Below are positions 61,426-64,000 of a stretch of DNA of 64,000 nucleotides, piece after piece. Position 1 is the stretch's first letter. The number at the start of each line of letters is the position of its first letter. This DNA comes from Dimorphilus gyrociliatus. Its lineage: Eukaryota > Animalia > Annelida. Where the stretch lies: the NCBI GenBank assembly GCA_904063045.1, contig CAJFCJ010000009.1:2046968-2110967 (forward strand). The letters are read 5' to 3'. The translations under genes and the position numbers were made by a program. The notes beneath the pieces were generated by a model. It worked only from the letters and a program-made list of their open reading frames with translations, did not search any database and was not told the origin of the DNA.

Positions 61426-64000
61426 AAGGAATTTTTGACTGTTAAAATTCTCACAAGAAGAATTTTTTAGCGTCGACTAAGCTATAATAACCTGTGACGG
61501 TTAATCATCATATTTAAGACATTATTTCAATGGTCACTTGACCTTTTCATTTCACTTCGACGTTAAATAAAGAGCCAATAGGGCCAAAAAATGGGGTCTT
61601 TTTTCTTTACTCTTCGTATTAAAGCCCTTGAAAGAAAATAGTCCAGTTCTATGCTCCTTTCTCGTCTAATAATAAATAATAAAGTAATAAATATCGAAAA
61701 GAGAAAAAAAGGAATTTGATTAGGCCTATAAAGCCACCCGACACACATATATACATACACAAGCACAAACACACACACACACATAGATATGTATATATAT
61801 ATGCACGTAGTTATGCAAATTGAGGCAAATTCCTTATTCTTATAGTTAAAATCGCCAAAAGTGATATATAATATCTGATCATTGTAAAAAGTTCTTTTTA
61901 CTAAACAGTTAAAGACTATAATAACTTCAAAGCTATCTAAAAAAAACCTTGAGGGAAAGTGAAAGGTTGTTTAAGGCACGTGTATAAGGCACATAATGTA
62001 AAGAATGTATTAATGGACACAGTACAATATCGGTACTTGTTAAGTAAAGTTGTATAGCGTTTAAAAACTTTCTATATAAGAATTTGTTCATTATTGAATA
62101 CTTTCACTTTAGATTAAATATAATTATTATATATTAAGATATAAAAGCATATAGATACAGTTTTTTATATAAAATGGAAAGCATATATCCTTAAGAGGAC
62201 TCTTTTTTCATCGCTAAGTAATAAATCTGGCGTTGACAAGCCCGAAAGGCTTGAAGAAAGTCGACTTGAGCGTTAAAAGCGCTTGTTTACTTGTCAAATG
62301 CCAAAAGGAATTTTTTCAATCCTTTTGAATAAAATAAAATAAAAAAAAGAAAGAGGGAAGAGAGAATAAGAAGTGTTAGAGGGCATAAGGTTGGGAAAAG
62401 AAAGAAAGAAAAATAAGATGGGAACTCCCACCCATTTTTAAGGTTCTACTAAAGGTTGGAACTTGTCCATGGGAAAGATACACATTATTTAGCTTGTTGT
62501 ATAAAGAAAGAATTACGTCATTTGCAAATTAGGTGATTAAAGATGCTAGACGCGTGTTTATACGATTGCGTACCATTGTTTAAAAGTTGGTGTATAGTAA
62601 AAATAAATTGTATTATATAACCTAACAACCTAACCTTGTTGTTCACGTAAAAAGCTTGGATACCTAGCAAACAGAAGCTATCTGTAAGTATGAAAAGTAA
62701 CGTTCATTACGTAATATTCATATGGATGCAAATCACTTGATGATGCAAAGGATAAAGTATTATGCTGAATTATTTTCTTTATAATTTAACATTTTTTAAA
62801 CTTTCTACGTGTATGGGAAAGATAAACAGTGCTTAGCTGCTACAAGCGTAAGATTATGTAATATACCAAAAGATTATTTCCAAGTATCTTGGAATGGAAG
62901 CTAAAGAATAAAACACAAAAGTAACAAGAGAGTATTATATAGACAATGGAACCTGGCAATCGTGCATGCTTTTTTCGAAAACAAGTAAAAACAATAATCC
63001 AAGAATAGGCCTAACTTAAGAGATACAAACGTAATAAAATCTTATAGTATATAGTATCTTATCCATATAGCAGATTTTTATATGCTTCATTTTTTCTCCT
63101 TGAAAGTGAAAGATCAGTTATAGTTATTGAGGGACGAAGATCTTATCTATTTCTCTCTCCTGTTAACTCTTCACTATTGGTTTTTTCTCCTTCCTTTTCT
63201 ACACGCTAGTTCTATTTATAGTTATTTATGCTAATTTTTTTCTATTTTAACACGTACGTTCGAACATTTTGCAGGAAGTATAGCATACAACTTTCCTCGA
63301 TTCTTTACATTAACATAGTATAATATTACATAATATGTAAATTATACAACATAGCTCTTATGTATGAAAGCCTTTCGTTCATATGTTGAAATTAGTTCAT
63401 TTCTTAAATTTGTCATGTTCACGCGTCATATTATACGAACCGTATGTTAAGAAGAGAGAATTCCTAAAGCACGTGGGAAATAATCTATAGAGTCAACCTG
63501 TAGAGGGATAACATTACCGAATAGCAGAGAATAAGAGAACCGTAGCCTTCGAATTGAATTGAATATTTCTATTTTCTTTTTGTTAAACTTAAAAGATACG
63601 GAGAGGTAGCTAAGGAATTTCTTTTATTGCCTTATCTTCTTTCCTTTTTTTATGAACGCATCATTAAGAAAGAAGAAAGGTTGATAGGAATGTATATCGT
63701 TAAGGAGTATAGTAACTTTATAGACCAAATGTGTTTATAAATAATGACTGTATTGTACTCTGTATATATATATGTATGTATATGTTACGTAACCTTTGAA
63801 AAGATAACATGCCGACTCTTTTTTATCTTGCTTTTGAACAATCGAGAGGTGCGGGATCATACAAAAAGTGCATAGTCGTCGGATAAAAAAGGCAGAGTAG
63901 AAAGGGAATTTTTTCGCTACCCTCTTAATTTCAATGGCTATAATTATTCATTACAACGCTCTTTTTTAACTTTTTATTACCCGTGTGACTCGTACGAATA

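Noticed and set aside
60100-64000. Coding genes, tRNA/rRNA or transposase in the terminal 4 kb (including ORF 61563-61784)
   Set aside because: The only listed ORF derives from an (AC)/(AT) microsatellite; I found no cloverleaf, rRNA or transposase motifs.

Overview
AT-rich, gene-dense eukaryotic (metazoan) genomic DNA with very short GT-AG introns (mostly ~45-70 bp). About 20 protein-coding genes can be reconstructed. Motile-cilia/centriolar genes (CFAP119, CSTPP1), a WW-containing PLEKHA7, an E78-type nuclear receptor and a coiled-type Ly6 gene together point to a ciliated protostome with a compacted genome. A miniature annelid such as Dimorphilus is a plausible guess, but this is inference only. 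Order: partial unknown gene (-); a ~14-kb mosaic secreted gene (C-type lectin/PAN/trefoil/VWD-C8-TIL/EGF, -); small Cys-rich membrane protein (-); CFAP119 (+); intronless two-repeat Myb (+); PITP (-); HMGCR (-); triple-Tudor/CCCH protein (+); PRPF4 (-); CD225/dispanin (-); ING3 (+); coiled-like Ly6 (-); DRG1 (+); 85-aa ORF followed 31 nt later by NMRK (+); PLEKHA7-like (-); CSTPP1 (+); orphan 11-mer-repeat membrane protein (+); E78-like nuclear receptor (+); PAQR3 (-); degenerate CAAX small GTPase (+); GPI-type Ig/mucin-stalk protein (+); SLC19 thiamine transporter (-); then ~4 kb with no coding exon I can support. No rRNA, tRNA, CRISPR or recognisable transposon was seen. All gene names come from recognising sequence motifs by eye, not from database searches. 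Most notable: the mosaic mucin-lectin, the hendecad membrane protein, the possible bicistronic ORF-NMRK unit, the Krimper-like Tudor gene, the R1-less Myb and the pseudo-GTPase.
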